Below are positions 1 to 11,502 of a DNA stretch of 64,000 nucleotides, piece by piece. A model generated the notes under the pieces. The model did no database searches and was not told the DNA's origin. It saw only the letters and a program-made list of their open reading frames with translations. The first letter of the stretch is position 1; each line of letters starts with the position of its first letter. The translations under genes and the position numbers were made by a program. This DNA comes from Patellaria atrata CBS 101060. Its lineage: Eukaryota. The stretch is from contig MU006114.1 in NCBI GenBank assembly GCA_010093705.1, forward strand, positions 186,001-250,000. Direction: 5' to 3'.

Positions 1-2926
1 AATCTTCAAACATCAGTTCTGACAGGCCCGACGGCGTTTTCAGTGAACAATTAGTGATCTTGAATGTATCAAACAAGCTTAGTTCTAAGTTGAGAGGGAA
101 TATATCGTTCAAATACCCTTTCTCTGCTGCTCGATGCTTCACCGGAATCGAGCGCTTTGCGTAGAACAGGAAAGCAATGTTCCCGTCATTAGAAGTACCT
201 GCACAGTTGTATCGGAAGCTGCTTATAGGTATACTGGAATGACGGGTTTGCCGCTGCATTAAGTTGATTTTTGCAGCGGTAATCTTTTAATCTCTCCGAT
301 CAGGAACGAAGACGTACAGCAGTATTTCGAGTCACTAATTCAAAATCAGTGAATTTTCTGCATGGGAATTTCAGAGTTGGCTCTGATACGATTAGCTAAG
401 CTCCGTGAACATCTTATACTGGTTCAAACTATGTAAGTATTTCCGCATAAATAAAACAAGTTTCAACAGTCCATAGATGACTTAGTGAGAAGTTGAAGTA
501 CTGCTTCAACAATGTAAAGCTGATGGGAAGGCTTCCGCGCCAGCGGAGGGCAGGGAGGGAGATGTTCGTCGTTAACTCATCAAGAATACTCATGATGAGC
601 CTGAGCATGTTCCCGTGAGGTCGAAAACAATTCCTAGGTACTAATAAATATCTTTTCATTTGTAAATGTATGAGTACTAACTTTCAGTGCTAGTGTCATG
701 CTACCCCATATCATTGACTGCTATTGACAGGATTTTCTAGTAACCACGCAAGATTGATCCACTACGTCGACCAACCCATTAAAGCATTTACCATCCCATT
801 CACTCTGAAAATGTATGCTTGGTGTCGGCCTATGTAAATCGGTACAGTGTCAATTTCCTTGTAAAGATTTTTTTATTAATCACACGGAAGATACAGTCTG
901 CAAGAGTAGGATCTATAGTAACGTCGTTTTCATCGGTTTTGTAGGGCTCCTATTAGCAATTGCACAGATGTTTCTACCAGCTCTCCAGGTATACTATACC
1001 GCCCGCCAATAGTTAGACAATTTGATTGTCTTTCAAATACACGTATCTGCATGATGATTGATTATTATAGGAGCATGACCATAGGATCTCATAAGTAGCG
1101 TTCCTAATGGCAGATAAAGGAAAGGATCTTTTCTCTTGCAGTAAAGAGGCCATCTATTCTTTCTACTCACTCGGTGTCTAAATGAACAATATCATCTCCT
1201 TTATCTAGGCTGGTAACCATCTACCACTGCACGCTTGTTGAACTGTTACGGACATGCTCTTGAGTCCGAGTATCAAAATGGTTCGATCGTCGATACGGTC
1301 AACTCCTATGTACGCTTAGGAGCACTCCGTACGTCATGGGGTCCTCTATAGAGTAGAGTCGGAAAAGCTTTGGAGAGTAGGTGTACAGCACGTTAATCAA
1401 CACCGATATGCTCCTTTTATGATTGAGAGTTGCCAGAATATTCTCTTCTATTCCATATGGAAAGACCGGAGACACTTTCAGGAGTCGCCGTAAATTACCA
1501 AATCTGTATATTTTGAAGCTTCCGCTCCTCTTCAGTATACCTCGTGCATTTTTATCTTTGCCGTTCTGGGGAGACGGAGATAACTTCGGGGGCGAGACGC
1601 AAAGAGTGGGATGAACGCCATCATCGGAAAAGGGATACTGATCAAGGCCCACAATTAAGTAGGGCTGAAGGTAGATATAAGTACTTGTGGGACCGGCATT
1701 TTCAGATGCGTTTGGTGATGAGGCATATATCAGGGGGAATGATCCGAGCGAAATGGGGAATATTAAACCACAACAGATACAAATCTGCAAGGCGGAAGGA
1801 AAAGCTAAAATGAATGATAACCTCTGATAGAAGGTGCAAGATCATTTCTCAGGTTCTACCTAGGCTGCAACATAGTAATCAAGTTTGCTCTTCTGGATTC
1901 ATAAAGCTCCAGAAAACCAGCTAATTCACTTGATTGAACCCACGCCATTCCCACCTTGTACCCCATTTACCTTTTCCAGGACTATGGGCTGTTCCACCCA
2001 ATGCACGGATATTATTGCCTTTTTGTATCTTCGTGTTTCTATCTGGATCATTGTGGCCGGTGTCAGTTCCAAGAGATTGCCTCACGACTCTAACGAACCG
2101 GTCACTCCGTATATTCCCCCAAGGCTCCAGGACGTTTGCCCTCACGTCGCTCTTGGGAGCGTGATGACCCTTAGTAGATGATAATACCATACTCGAGCCT
2201 GTTGTGCGAGTATTTGCGAGTGACAAACATCTTTTCGAGCCATCTTATCCATTTGCAGGTATCGGTGTTGAGGGTTGAGAGCATGGGGGGCGAGGACGCA
2301 TTCTCAACCTTGTGCCAGGAATATCGGCCTAACGTAATGTTTATTCTGATACCGGTAGAGGTACAGTCGTTTTCATAGTTTCAACTAGTTTTGTTCATCT
2401 CTACCGTTTTATACTTGTATCTGTACATACAGTACAAGCCACACCCGATTAACCCCTGGGGTTATAGTCTCTAGGGGCGGATCCTCCTGGAAGGGCGCAT
2501 GATTGAGGCTGAACAGGTCCCGCGCGCACCAGCCTTTCTTTAAGACAACCACAGCTCCCTGTCAATTAACTTTCACTTCCCTCTTGCGATCACTTCAGAT
2601 AATTATAAATCTCCTTGTCATGTGGTTCTAACATTCACACCATCTACCTTCCATTACTGCATTTCCGGAGTACTTTCTTGTTATCATCTGCGAACGCCTC
2701 CCCACCGTTTTGTTCTACATTTCGCCAAAGCCTCGTCGGGGAGCTTTAATTTACAATATCTGGGGTATTACTCTATTCTAAGATTCTGTACGACGCGATC
2801 TCTGATCGGATCTTAAGGCTGAATCGTTCATCTTGGGGTAGCCTCGTTCTCAGCCCATTAAAGAGCTTATACTGTACTACCACACAAAAAACTCCCCCCG
2901 GGCGAAGATCTCAGGTCTAGATCAAG

Positions 2927-5053
2927 ATGGCCTTGAGTCCACCCTCGAACGCACATTCTCCCACGCGTCCTCTAAGTGTTCTGTCAAGTTCCACAATCGA
3001 ACATCAGGATGACCTACATACGGGGAGGTCTTGGGCGTCAACGGTCAAAAGCCCGTGGGATTCCATGATACTCACCCTGGATGGGGGCGGAATAAGAGGT
3101 TACTCCAGTCTGCTCATATTGAAAGAACTGATGCGCGAGGTCGCAGAGTGGGAAAACAAGTTCGAAGAGGAGGAGGGTCCGATATCCGGTACGGAAAAGA
3201 AGGTGTTTAAAGAGGAGGAATTGCTACCATGTGTATATTTCGATATGATGTATGGAACCAGTGAGTTTCCTTATTCGTACTTCCCTTAGCACATCATCCG
3301 TTGTCCTTTGGTATAATCGACGAGCTTCATTTTCCTCTACGGCAATCTAGGATTCCTAGATTGTTCTCGCATATCTCACGTATCCGTGGCGTTCCTCCAT
3401 ACAGCACGCGGTATCTTGCTTAACCTTATGTCTCCTTATTGAATTTTTGAGCAATTTACTGCTCAAAATTTGGAGAATACACTCGAAAATGCGGTACAAA
3501 GACACGAAACACGTCGAGCGTCGAGATTCCCCCTTCCTACGTCTACATATTGCTATATCATGTATGGTTCTGTACGTTTGTTGTCCATAATTTCTCTGTC
3601 AATGAAGCCGGCCTTATGGGGTGTCCTCGATGAACTAGAGGACGACGGAAAACCATCTCCACGCCTATCAGGTTTGGCGCTCATGGATTACTGTATGCTC
3701 TCTGTACATGTGCTGGGGTACTTCTAGCTTCTGGCCGTATAAGACTTTTCATCATTTGTACGGGAGGTGTACAGTAACCGACGGGTACCATTACAGACAG
3801 AGAATGAGATGGTACAAAAAGCGTACAGGATAATACACCTCAAAGTTTCTAAAACGACAAGTCACTTTGAACATGCAGCTAACTGTTCAACAGGCACGGG
3901 TGGATTAATCGCAACAATGCTCGGTCGATTACGAATGACAGTATCCCAATGTCTCACGATATACCGACGAGTCGGTGATGATCTATTCGGCCACCCACGC
4001 AAAAGAAGAATAATCCCCCTCACGACAAAATACGACCACGAGCCGCTCGAAAATGCAGTAAAACGGATCGTGAAAGAAAACTGTCCCGTCCACCCGGCCG
4101 GCGAATGTGACGGCCTCGACTGGTTCCCCTGGGACCTGGACCACGGCGACATCCTAGACTTCGACCAAGAATACGCCACCAAACCCGCCCAAATTTGCCA
4201 CTCGATCTGCCTAACCGCCACCCACAACGGCAGCATAGACGAGGCGCATCTCCTCCGCACGTATCCGCACCAGTACGTCAACATCCCCAACTGGATCACC
4301 GAGTACAACGCCGGCGCCGACCCGCTGCGCATCTGGGAGGTCACCCGCGCCACCTCTGCCGCACCCTTCTACTTCAAGATCCTCGAAGCTGACATCCGCG
4401 GCGAGATGACCGGCTTCAAGGACGGCGGCATCCGCGAAAACAACCCCTCCGGCGCGGCCTGGAGCGAGTTCATCTCCATCTATGGCGAGGAGTCCGAGCC
4501 AGGCCTCCTCCTCAGCATCGGCACGGGCCGCAGCAACGAGAACCAAGACGGCTTCGCGTCCGCGTGGCCGGGTCCCTTCGGCGAGCGCAAGATCGTGAGG
4601 AAGTGGGCGGAGAAATTCGCCGTGTTTAAGAACGTGCTGATTAAATATACCGAGGGCGAGAGTAAGCATAAAGCGATGGTCCATCAGGCGAAGGGCGAGC
4701 ATGGGTGGTATAAGCGTCTTAATGTCTCTGAGGGCTTGGAGAAGATGAAGTTGGATAATTGGGAGAAGGGCAGTTGGAGGGATCCCCGGACGGGGGAGGA
4801 GAAAGTGGTGCCGGGTGGAAAGAGTTTGACGCGCATGGAGGAGGCGACGGGGAGGTATTTGAGTAGAGAAAGGAATAGACGGTTTGATACGTATGCGGCG
4901 CCGAGCGTTATGGTCAGCCAGGTTGCGGAGAAGCTTGTTAGGCAGAGACGGGCGAGGGAGCGGACGAGGGAGACGGATCCGGTACGCTGGGAGAGGTTCG
5001 TGGGCGCGTTGTTGAGGCCGGAACCGGCTGCCGTGGTGGTGGAGTCGCCTTAG
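2927..5053 (+). CDS. Patatin-like phospholipase (exons 2927-3260, 3894-5053)
   Basis: Oxyanion motif LTLDGGGIRG; nucleophile motif GTSTG rebuilt across a 633-nt intron (GTGAGT...GCTAAC...CAG); RATSAAP and the catalytic DGG motif are present. Confidence 0.92.
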
Positions 5054-5879
5054 GGATCTGGATTCGGTGATGGAGCTGCGTGATGGTGTGTGTGTGTGGT
5101 GTGGATATTTGATACCCCCCTTTTGAATGAACTTTGCATTAGCGTTTGGAGAGCATTTGGACGGGATGGGTAATGTGATGTATCTGTCTATCTGTACGGG
5201 AATGGTACTCATTTACGATATCAGAACCTTGGTGTATGGACCGACTCCACTTTGTGCGTCTGCGCTGTACGGCCTGCTCTGGCCGATCTAGTATAGGAGA
5301 CGTTCGTCTATGTTTGACGTATATAGTTGGGTAAAGCACGTATATCGGCGCAATGGGGCAGAATCCAAAATATAGAATACCCGAGAAAACTCTACATGGA
5401 GAGATTCTATCGTACCTTGGCGATATCTATCATATCTAAATGCTTACACAAAATATATGAGGTCCACCTACGACCCAGAATAAAACCGCAAAAACCACAC
5501 CGATATGCGCCTCGCTCCGTTCGTAAGACATTATCCGTGATCATAAAAATAACATGAGAGGAGAGACGTACGTCCATAGACCTACCGAGCATCCAGAGCT
5601 GGGTAGAAAGCGTCGAGTAAGAGAGATATATAAAAAAAAGGGGGGGCCGGGGAGGTGTGGTGGGTTAGTAAATAGGATATACCGGATAAACCAACGAGCT
5701 CCTAAAAACCCCCGCTCAACCAAGAAGAAAAACACAGAGAGGAGTAGCCAGTATCGAGCGCACAAACGCACAAAACAGTAAGGTGAAATCATCTACGAGC
5801 GTGTCCATCCCATCCAAGCATACCCTCAAATTGCCAAGATAACCACCAAAACCCCTAGTCGACAAAAATTAAGGGGGAT

Positions 5880-7730
5880 TTAGACCTCCCCCCAGACCCC
5901 AACCGCGCTCTCGGTCCCCACGGTCCTCGCGCTCCCGGCTAGATCCCAGTAGTGTCTACTACTGCCCTTACTCTTACTCTTCCTCGTGCTCTGAGACGCG
6001 CAGCTAGACCGGCTAGTCGGCATCATGGGGGTATATCTATGTTTCTTATTCACATTCCCGCTCGCGCTCTGCAGCTGTTCTCTAGCGGACGTGGAAGTAC
6101 GATACTCATTCTCATTTTCGAGTTCGTTAGCCAAAGGATGAAGCCGTCTGATCATCTGCGCTCTCCTGCCGGCCTCTTCTACACGCTTGACCTGCGCCAC
6201 AGTGACCGGGATGGTGTGTCTTGGAGCCGAGGGGGTGGTAGTGGAGGAAAGGGAGGAGGAGGATGGAGGACGCGAGGAGAAGCGGTTGACGAGGAAGGAG
6301 AAGACCATTTTTACGTCAAAGTCTTTTTCCCAGTATGCTCTTTCCGTCTCCATGTCGCGGGCTGCGTGATTCGCGAGCGGGGATGGATTTTTGGGGGTTG
6401 AGTCGAGGTCCGGGGTTGGATCTGTGTCGATGCCCCAGTGGGATACTTCATTTACCAGAGGTGGAGAGGCGGTGAGAGTAGGGGCGAAGAGGTGGGCTGT
6501 TGTGGTTGAGATGGGGGATGACGTGTTGATATTGTTGAATGAAGCTGTTGAGGTCGAAATGGGGTTTAGGTTGTCTATGTTTGTTCCTGACAGTCCAGCG
6601 TAGAGTGACGGTTCTTGCGTGCGGAGGTACGTAGTAAAAGCTCCAGGATGTTCGGAAAGCTGGTTGACTATGATACCTAGCTCTCGTGCTATACGCTGCA
6701 GAAGCTTATATTCCCAGTTCTGTACGTCATAGGTCGTGAGTTCCTGGCCTTCGGGGACTTCAGGTAGAGATAATGTTGTAGAGGTAGATGGTCCTTGTGC
6801 TCGTATCTCTTCCGGTAACGCTTCTCCAAATATGACGGAAAGAAGATCCTCATCAATCCCAATCAAATCCCTAATCCTCTTCGTGAAACGTTGCCAAAAG
6901 TTCTCCCTCTCATTCGCCTCTTCTGCTCCTTCAGCTCCCACTGACACCGTTGTTACCGCCGCTAACTTCGATCTTCGGGTAGGCATCGTTTCTGTGAGAT
7001 GGGCACTGTCCCTCCGATTTCGATTAATGTTCCTCGTACTCAACCTCCTCCTCCGTCTCGTCTCCCTCTCCACCTCTTCTAAAAGTGCCAAACTCTGCTC
7101 CATCCTCCACTTCTCAATCCGTTTCGTCCTTTCATCTTCCTCATCCACCTGCTCCTCTTGCATCGTATCTAATCTCTTCTGTACACTCGACCTCCTTCTA
7201 TGCAATCTTCTCCGTGGATTATACCGCTCGAACTGCCAAAGATGCTCTTGAATGGCTTCATTCGTGCCGAAAGTCCCTAGCCCATCGTGCGTAGGGAGCA
7301 CGCCAGGGTGTCTATCACTTTCGTCTAAGCGCCGAATAGGGGCACTGTATTCGGACGGCTCATGGAAGGCGTGCAAGCCGTCGTCTAGGCTGTCGAGCTC
7401 CCCCTCCTCCTCTTCATCACCGTAGATTGTTTCTCCATCCTGGCCCTCGCCGTGTCGGTCAGAATGCGCGGCAGTATCTAGAGAGCCGAAGTCACTGAGC
7501 CGTGATAGACCTGCGGTACGAGGTGTACGTTCGGTAGATGTGGTGTGGGTTCTCGTGAGGGTCGAGGGAGCGGCAACGGAGGGAGAGAAGAGGACCCATT
7601 CTTCAGATTCTTCTAGAGCGCGTTTCCGTTGTGGAGAGGCGGCGGAGAGCTCTGCAGGTTGTGGTGTAGGAGAGGAGTAGGAGGGCCGTCGTAGGGGAGG
7701 GGGCCGGTGTTGGGTTTGTTGGAATGCCAT
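5880..7730 (-). CDS. Uncharacterised 616-aa fungal protein, single exon, largely low-complexity
   Basis: Long uninterrupted ATG-initiated ORF with protein-like blocks (EEWVLFSPS, RIARELG, HPGAFTTY, YWEKDFDVKMVFSFL); no domain recognised. Confidence 0.8.
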   Translation of the reverse strand: MAFQQTQHRPPPLRRPSYSSPTPQPAELSAASPQRKRALEESEEWVLFSPSVAAPSTLTRTHTTSTERTPRTAGLSRLSDFGSLDTAAHSDRHGEGQDGETIYGDEEEEGELDSLDDGLHAFHEPSEYSAPIRRLDESDRHPGVLPTHDGLGTFGTNEAIQEHLWQFERYNPRRRLHRRRSSVQKRLDTMQEEQVDEEDERTKRIEKWRMEQSLALLEEVERETRRRRRLSTRNINRNRRDSAHLTETMPTRRSKLAAVTTVSVGAEGAEEANERENFWQRFTKRIRDLIGIDEDLLSVIFGEALPEEIRAQGPSTSTTLSLPEVPEGQELTTYDVQNWEYKLLQRIARELGIIVNQLSEHPGAFTTYLRTQEPSLYAGLSGTNIDNLNPISTSTASFNNINTSSPISTTTAHLFAPTLTASPPLVNEVSHWGIDTDPTPDLDSTPKNPSPLANHAARDMETERAYWEKDFDVKMVFSFLVNRFSSRPPSSSSLSSTTTPSAPRHTIPVTVAQVKRVEEAGRRAQMIRRLHPLANELENENEYRTSTSAREQLQSASGNVNKKHRYTPMMPTSRSSCASQSTRKSKSKGSSRHYWDLAGSARTVGTESAVGVWGEV

Positions 7731-9312
7731 TGTTATTATACGTTCTCCTAATGTATAGTGATAGGTACTCCTGAAGATAGGTATGCTGGTGTATATTAGG
7801 GGAATAGGTATAGTTATATCGGGTATATGGCTGATGAAGGAGGTATTCTAGGTCCAGGACTTCGGCGGGAGATATAAGATGCCTGTATAGCAAGCTGATT
7901 TGCTCCTGGGAGCCTCTATGAAATGCAGGTGCGGTTGCGGGTTTTGTCTAAGAAACAGTGATGACAACCATGTCTCTCATAGAGTCCAGTACAGTGCGCC
8001 GTATCCGTAAGGAATAATAAGCAAAGTACAAGTACAGTCAATATACGTCAATTTGTGCCTCCTCAATAGGATTCGCAGGATCTGGTGACCAAATGGCGAC
8101 TTTAGGGTATGCTTGTTCCTCGTAGTTGACAGAAGCTCCAGCAACCAATATCAAGCTCAACGCTAAGGGGCGCGTATGATGCAGATGACCTGTCACGGTG
8201 AAAGAAAGAACAGTGAGGTAAAACAGAACAGTCTTCGATGTAAGGCAGTCAAATACTGATATACAAGTTTGTGGAGTAAGGCGGGAAAGGGTCAGACAAA
8301 AGTCCGTTGGGCGGTCTTGTCTCTCGCAACATTTCTTGTTGTCGCAAGGCAAAGGCAAGGTAAGGGAAGGGGCTGGCTGGCGTGGGTTGAATGCTGTGAT
8401 AGATTTTCCGCTATACCTGAATGAGCTTAGAAAGGTCATGTTTCGGATCCCTAATCCGTCTCTAGCGTGCCCGATAGATGACGCTTGGGTAATATCGATA
8501 ACGATAATGAAACTAATTATAAACTTGCTCCCAATTCTCATCTCTTCACAGACACTTTTCCTATATTTATTTATTTAATACGATACACATCAACAGCAAG
8601 ACATTGTTCCCATCTATCTCATCTCACTGTCTAGCTTATCCCCCGTCTCAGCTTCAAATTGATTGACAAACATATCTCAGCACTCAGTCCCTAATTCATC
8701 CTTCCAACTCCAATCCCCCTGCCCCTCATCAGCCCTACTGTTTATCCCACCGCACTCCGCTCCAGCAATTGGACAACTGCGCAAGAAACGAAAATCTCCC
8801 ACTTCCCTGGTTCGGTGCAGTATCCAGGATGATCAATTTATCAGTGACTCATCTTACATGTCTCATGGAGGTACTTTCCTCTTATTCGTCGTTCGAAAGC
8901 TGATGGGATGATGACTGTACAGCATAATTTCGAAATGCGGTGCTGACGGGATGTGCATTCTCGTGTCAGAGAAACTTAGGGTCCTTACACCGTAGTTCAG
9001 GTCGGTCTGTCTGGTGTAGCTTCTGACTGGCGTGATATTTTTATGATCGAATACCACAAGTCCTTTACTCTATCGTTTGAGGGTCATACACATCATCTAT
9101 TATCATAACCCCTGATTGGCACGTATCAAGTTGCTGGAACAGAATATGCGGAAATCCTTGCTACAGGACCGACCGATCAGCTATATACACTTATCGGTTT
9201 ACCCCTAACATATTCCCATCTCCGACTCTCAAGCAAAGGCATAACCCAGAGCACAAATATACGCCATCCATGCCTTAGTTCAACTCAACCTCCCACAACC
9301 AATATCTCACGT

Positions 9313-10285
9313 CTATGCCTCAGCGGAGAAAGCATCGGGGAATCTCTTGATATTGTCGGCAAGCTTGCCATGGTTGCTGAGGAACTGGACGTAAGCACCA
9401 TCGACCTTGAAACGGCCCTCCTGGCGCTTAGCGATATACTCTTCGCGACGGAGGGGGGTGAAACCCCAGTTCTTGGAGACGATGATCTTTTGTCGGCCGG
9501 GGAACTTGTACTGGGAGCGGCGGAGGGCCTCGATGGCGGTAGCGCGGTGCGAGTCCCTGGTGCGGACGGAGAGGATGATCTGGCCGATGTTGACACGGGC
9601 GACGGTGCCGTTGGGTTTACCGAACGCGCCGCGCATGCCTGTTTGCAGCCTATCGGCGCCGGCGCACGACAACATTTTGTTGATGCGGATGACGTGATAA
9701 GGATGGGCGCGGACACGCATGTGGAAACCTTCCTTTCCAGCGACCTTGACGAGGTATCTTTCGATCTCGAGTTAGTACTAGTTTTTCGGTTTACGATAGT
9801 GTGTGAGGTTGCCGGAAGGGAAGGATTAGGCTCTGTGACTCTCTTCCTTCCTATCTCGCAGTAGTTGGGTTTCAAGGTGTGAACTCACTTGTTGGCGCAA
9901 ATACGGGCGGCTTCGAGCGCTTCGGAGCTTAGCTGCTCATACTCGTTGGAGACAAGGTGAATGCACTATGTGATATGTGAGTTTCCGATTTGTAGGATGT
10001 TGCGCTTCGGCGTAGACTTACTAGAGGGAACTCATCGACGTTCGCGCGCTTCCTTCCAAGATCGAAGATACGGATCTTAGGGTCTGGCACACCACGGTTG
10101 AAGCGAGACTTCGGATACGGCTATGAGGCATCTTGTCAGTGATCATTCAACAAAGGTGATTTTGATTACAGCCAGAGCGCTTTATGTGTTCTCTTCGGGT
10201 AGATGAATGAGGAAGCGCTGAAGCGTTGAAAAGGTCTCACCTTGTTCTTGCAGTAACGATAACATCTAGCTGGGCGGCGGGCCAT
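9313..10285 (-). CDS. RPL10: 60S ribosomal protein L10/uL16 (exons 10285-10241, 10120-10022, 9965-9889, 9757-9313; 221 aa)
   Basis: [37 protein letters not shown]...[28 protein letters not shown]; three introns give a full-length frame. Confidence 0.98.
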
Positions 10286-10418
10286 TTCGACGGTATTTCA
10301 GGTATGTATTATCGTGGTATGAAAGAAGTGAGGTTGAACGGGGCCCCCGAGGGTTTTGAGGTCACTGATCGAATTTCTAAGCAAGGTGGTTTTGGTGGCG
10401 GAGTCCCACAAAGGGTAA

Positions 10419-10428
10419 GCTAAGCGAG
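10419..10428 (-). promoter_or_regulatory. Candidate ribosomal-protein promoter motif CTCGCTTAGC upstream of RPL10
   Basis: Identical 10-mer in the same orientation upstream of both RP genes (134 nt and 180 nt from the ATG). Confidence 0.45.
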
Positions 10429-10635
10429 CGGACTCAAAATTGCCCCGACTGTCTCACATAACGGATGAATTTTGAATTTAAACAATCAATAATAATTTCA
10501 ACAGTGAGTCACAGCATATTCACAGAGAGATCAAGTTGGTAGATATGTGCATTGGTATCATTGGCTTCATTTTGTTTTATAGTATCATTGACCTATACTG
10601 GCAACCCATAGAACCTCGAAATTGCCTCACAACAT

Positions 10636-11313
10636 CTATGCTTGAGTGCTTAGGATATCCGAGTCACCGGCATCGATGATTGCCATGGTACTGCATCTGA
10701 ACAGCTTACCGCAGGCGGTACCGAGCTCAATCTGTATGCATTGGAGAGTTAGCATTCGCTTTCACCCTCCGAAGTCCAAATCGAGACCTCTTCTCAGGGT
10801 GAGCAAAATTCTCAGAATGAGGACCTGCAGTCACGACCGCTTTCATGCGGATTGTACCAGTATAGTGCTTCTTGCAACTTCCTGCACCCCAAGACCAGAC
10901 TTCTAGAAATGGGCGTAACTTACGTTTGAACCAGCGAAGTGGTGGACTGACGTCTTGGCCAACATAGCTATTGGGAGTCAGTTTTGAATTTCTAAAATAT
11001 CCGTGCTGGTATGATCTTACAGTAATATTCGAGCTCAGACTTGCGGAGAGCAGGAGTGTTGCCCGCAATGATAACGAGCTTGGCCTTGCCAGAACGGAGA
11101 GACTTGAGGGTGGACTTATATCCAAGAACGACTGAACAACTTGTAATTAGCTCTGGGCATTCTCGAGAGTCCAAAGATGTTTGAAAATACTAAATCAGAA
11201 GTCAGAATGTTCTCTTCAGCTCGTAAATACATGACATACCCTTTACCAGACTTCATCACCAAAGCCAAACGACTGTTGATGGAGTCGGCGGTCTTGGTCT
11301 TCTTTGGTGCCAT
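10636..11313 (-). CDS. RPL30: 60S ribosomal protein L30/eL30 (exons 11313-11241, 11131-11021, 10967-10924, 10731-10636; 107 aa)
   Basis: [107 protein letters not shown]. Confidence 0.97.
11132..11240 (-). other. Putative [D1,2] stwintron in RPL30 (internal intron 11239-11190, 50 nt; external intron 59 nt)
   Basis: Coding strand reads G|GTATGT...CTGAC...TTTAG|TATTTT...GCTAAT...CAG. Removing the internal intron creates donor GTATTT, and this route restores the KSGK-VVLG frame. Confidence 0.8.
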
Positions 11314-11492
11314 CTTTGCGCGTCAGGATATGAGATAAACTTCCTGAGAAGTGTTTGATGCGCTCCGGTTGATCTGGAAAGTAAAGAAAATAGGGAAGGT
11401 TTGATGTAGTGTGAGATATCTAGAATACGATATTCAGCAAAGCGAAGAAAATGTGTAGAGTCGCTAAGAGGGAAGCTAGTCCTGAAACAAAT

Positions 11493-11502
11493 GCTAAGCG
11501 AG
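11493..11502 (-). promoter_or_regulatory. Candidate ribosomal-protein promoter motif CTCGCTTAGC upstream of RPL30
   Basis: Same 10-mer as at 10419-10428. Confidence 0.45.

Noticed and set aside
1..2400. Intron-like signals (GTAAGT near 433, TACTAAC...CAG near 675-687) and short ORFs such as 1299-1790
   Set aside because: No coherent frame or recognisable domain could be built; a pseudogene or lncRNA cannot be supported from sequence alone.
4211..5212. Long antisense ORFs (also 44109-44825, 45468-46103, 50575-51204, 52175-52930)
   Set aside because: Shadow frames opposite well-supported, codon-biased genes.
8908..9026. Possible C/D box snoRNA (ATGATGA...CTGA...CTGA)
   Set aside because: No terminal stem and no rRNA-complementary guide that I could identify.
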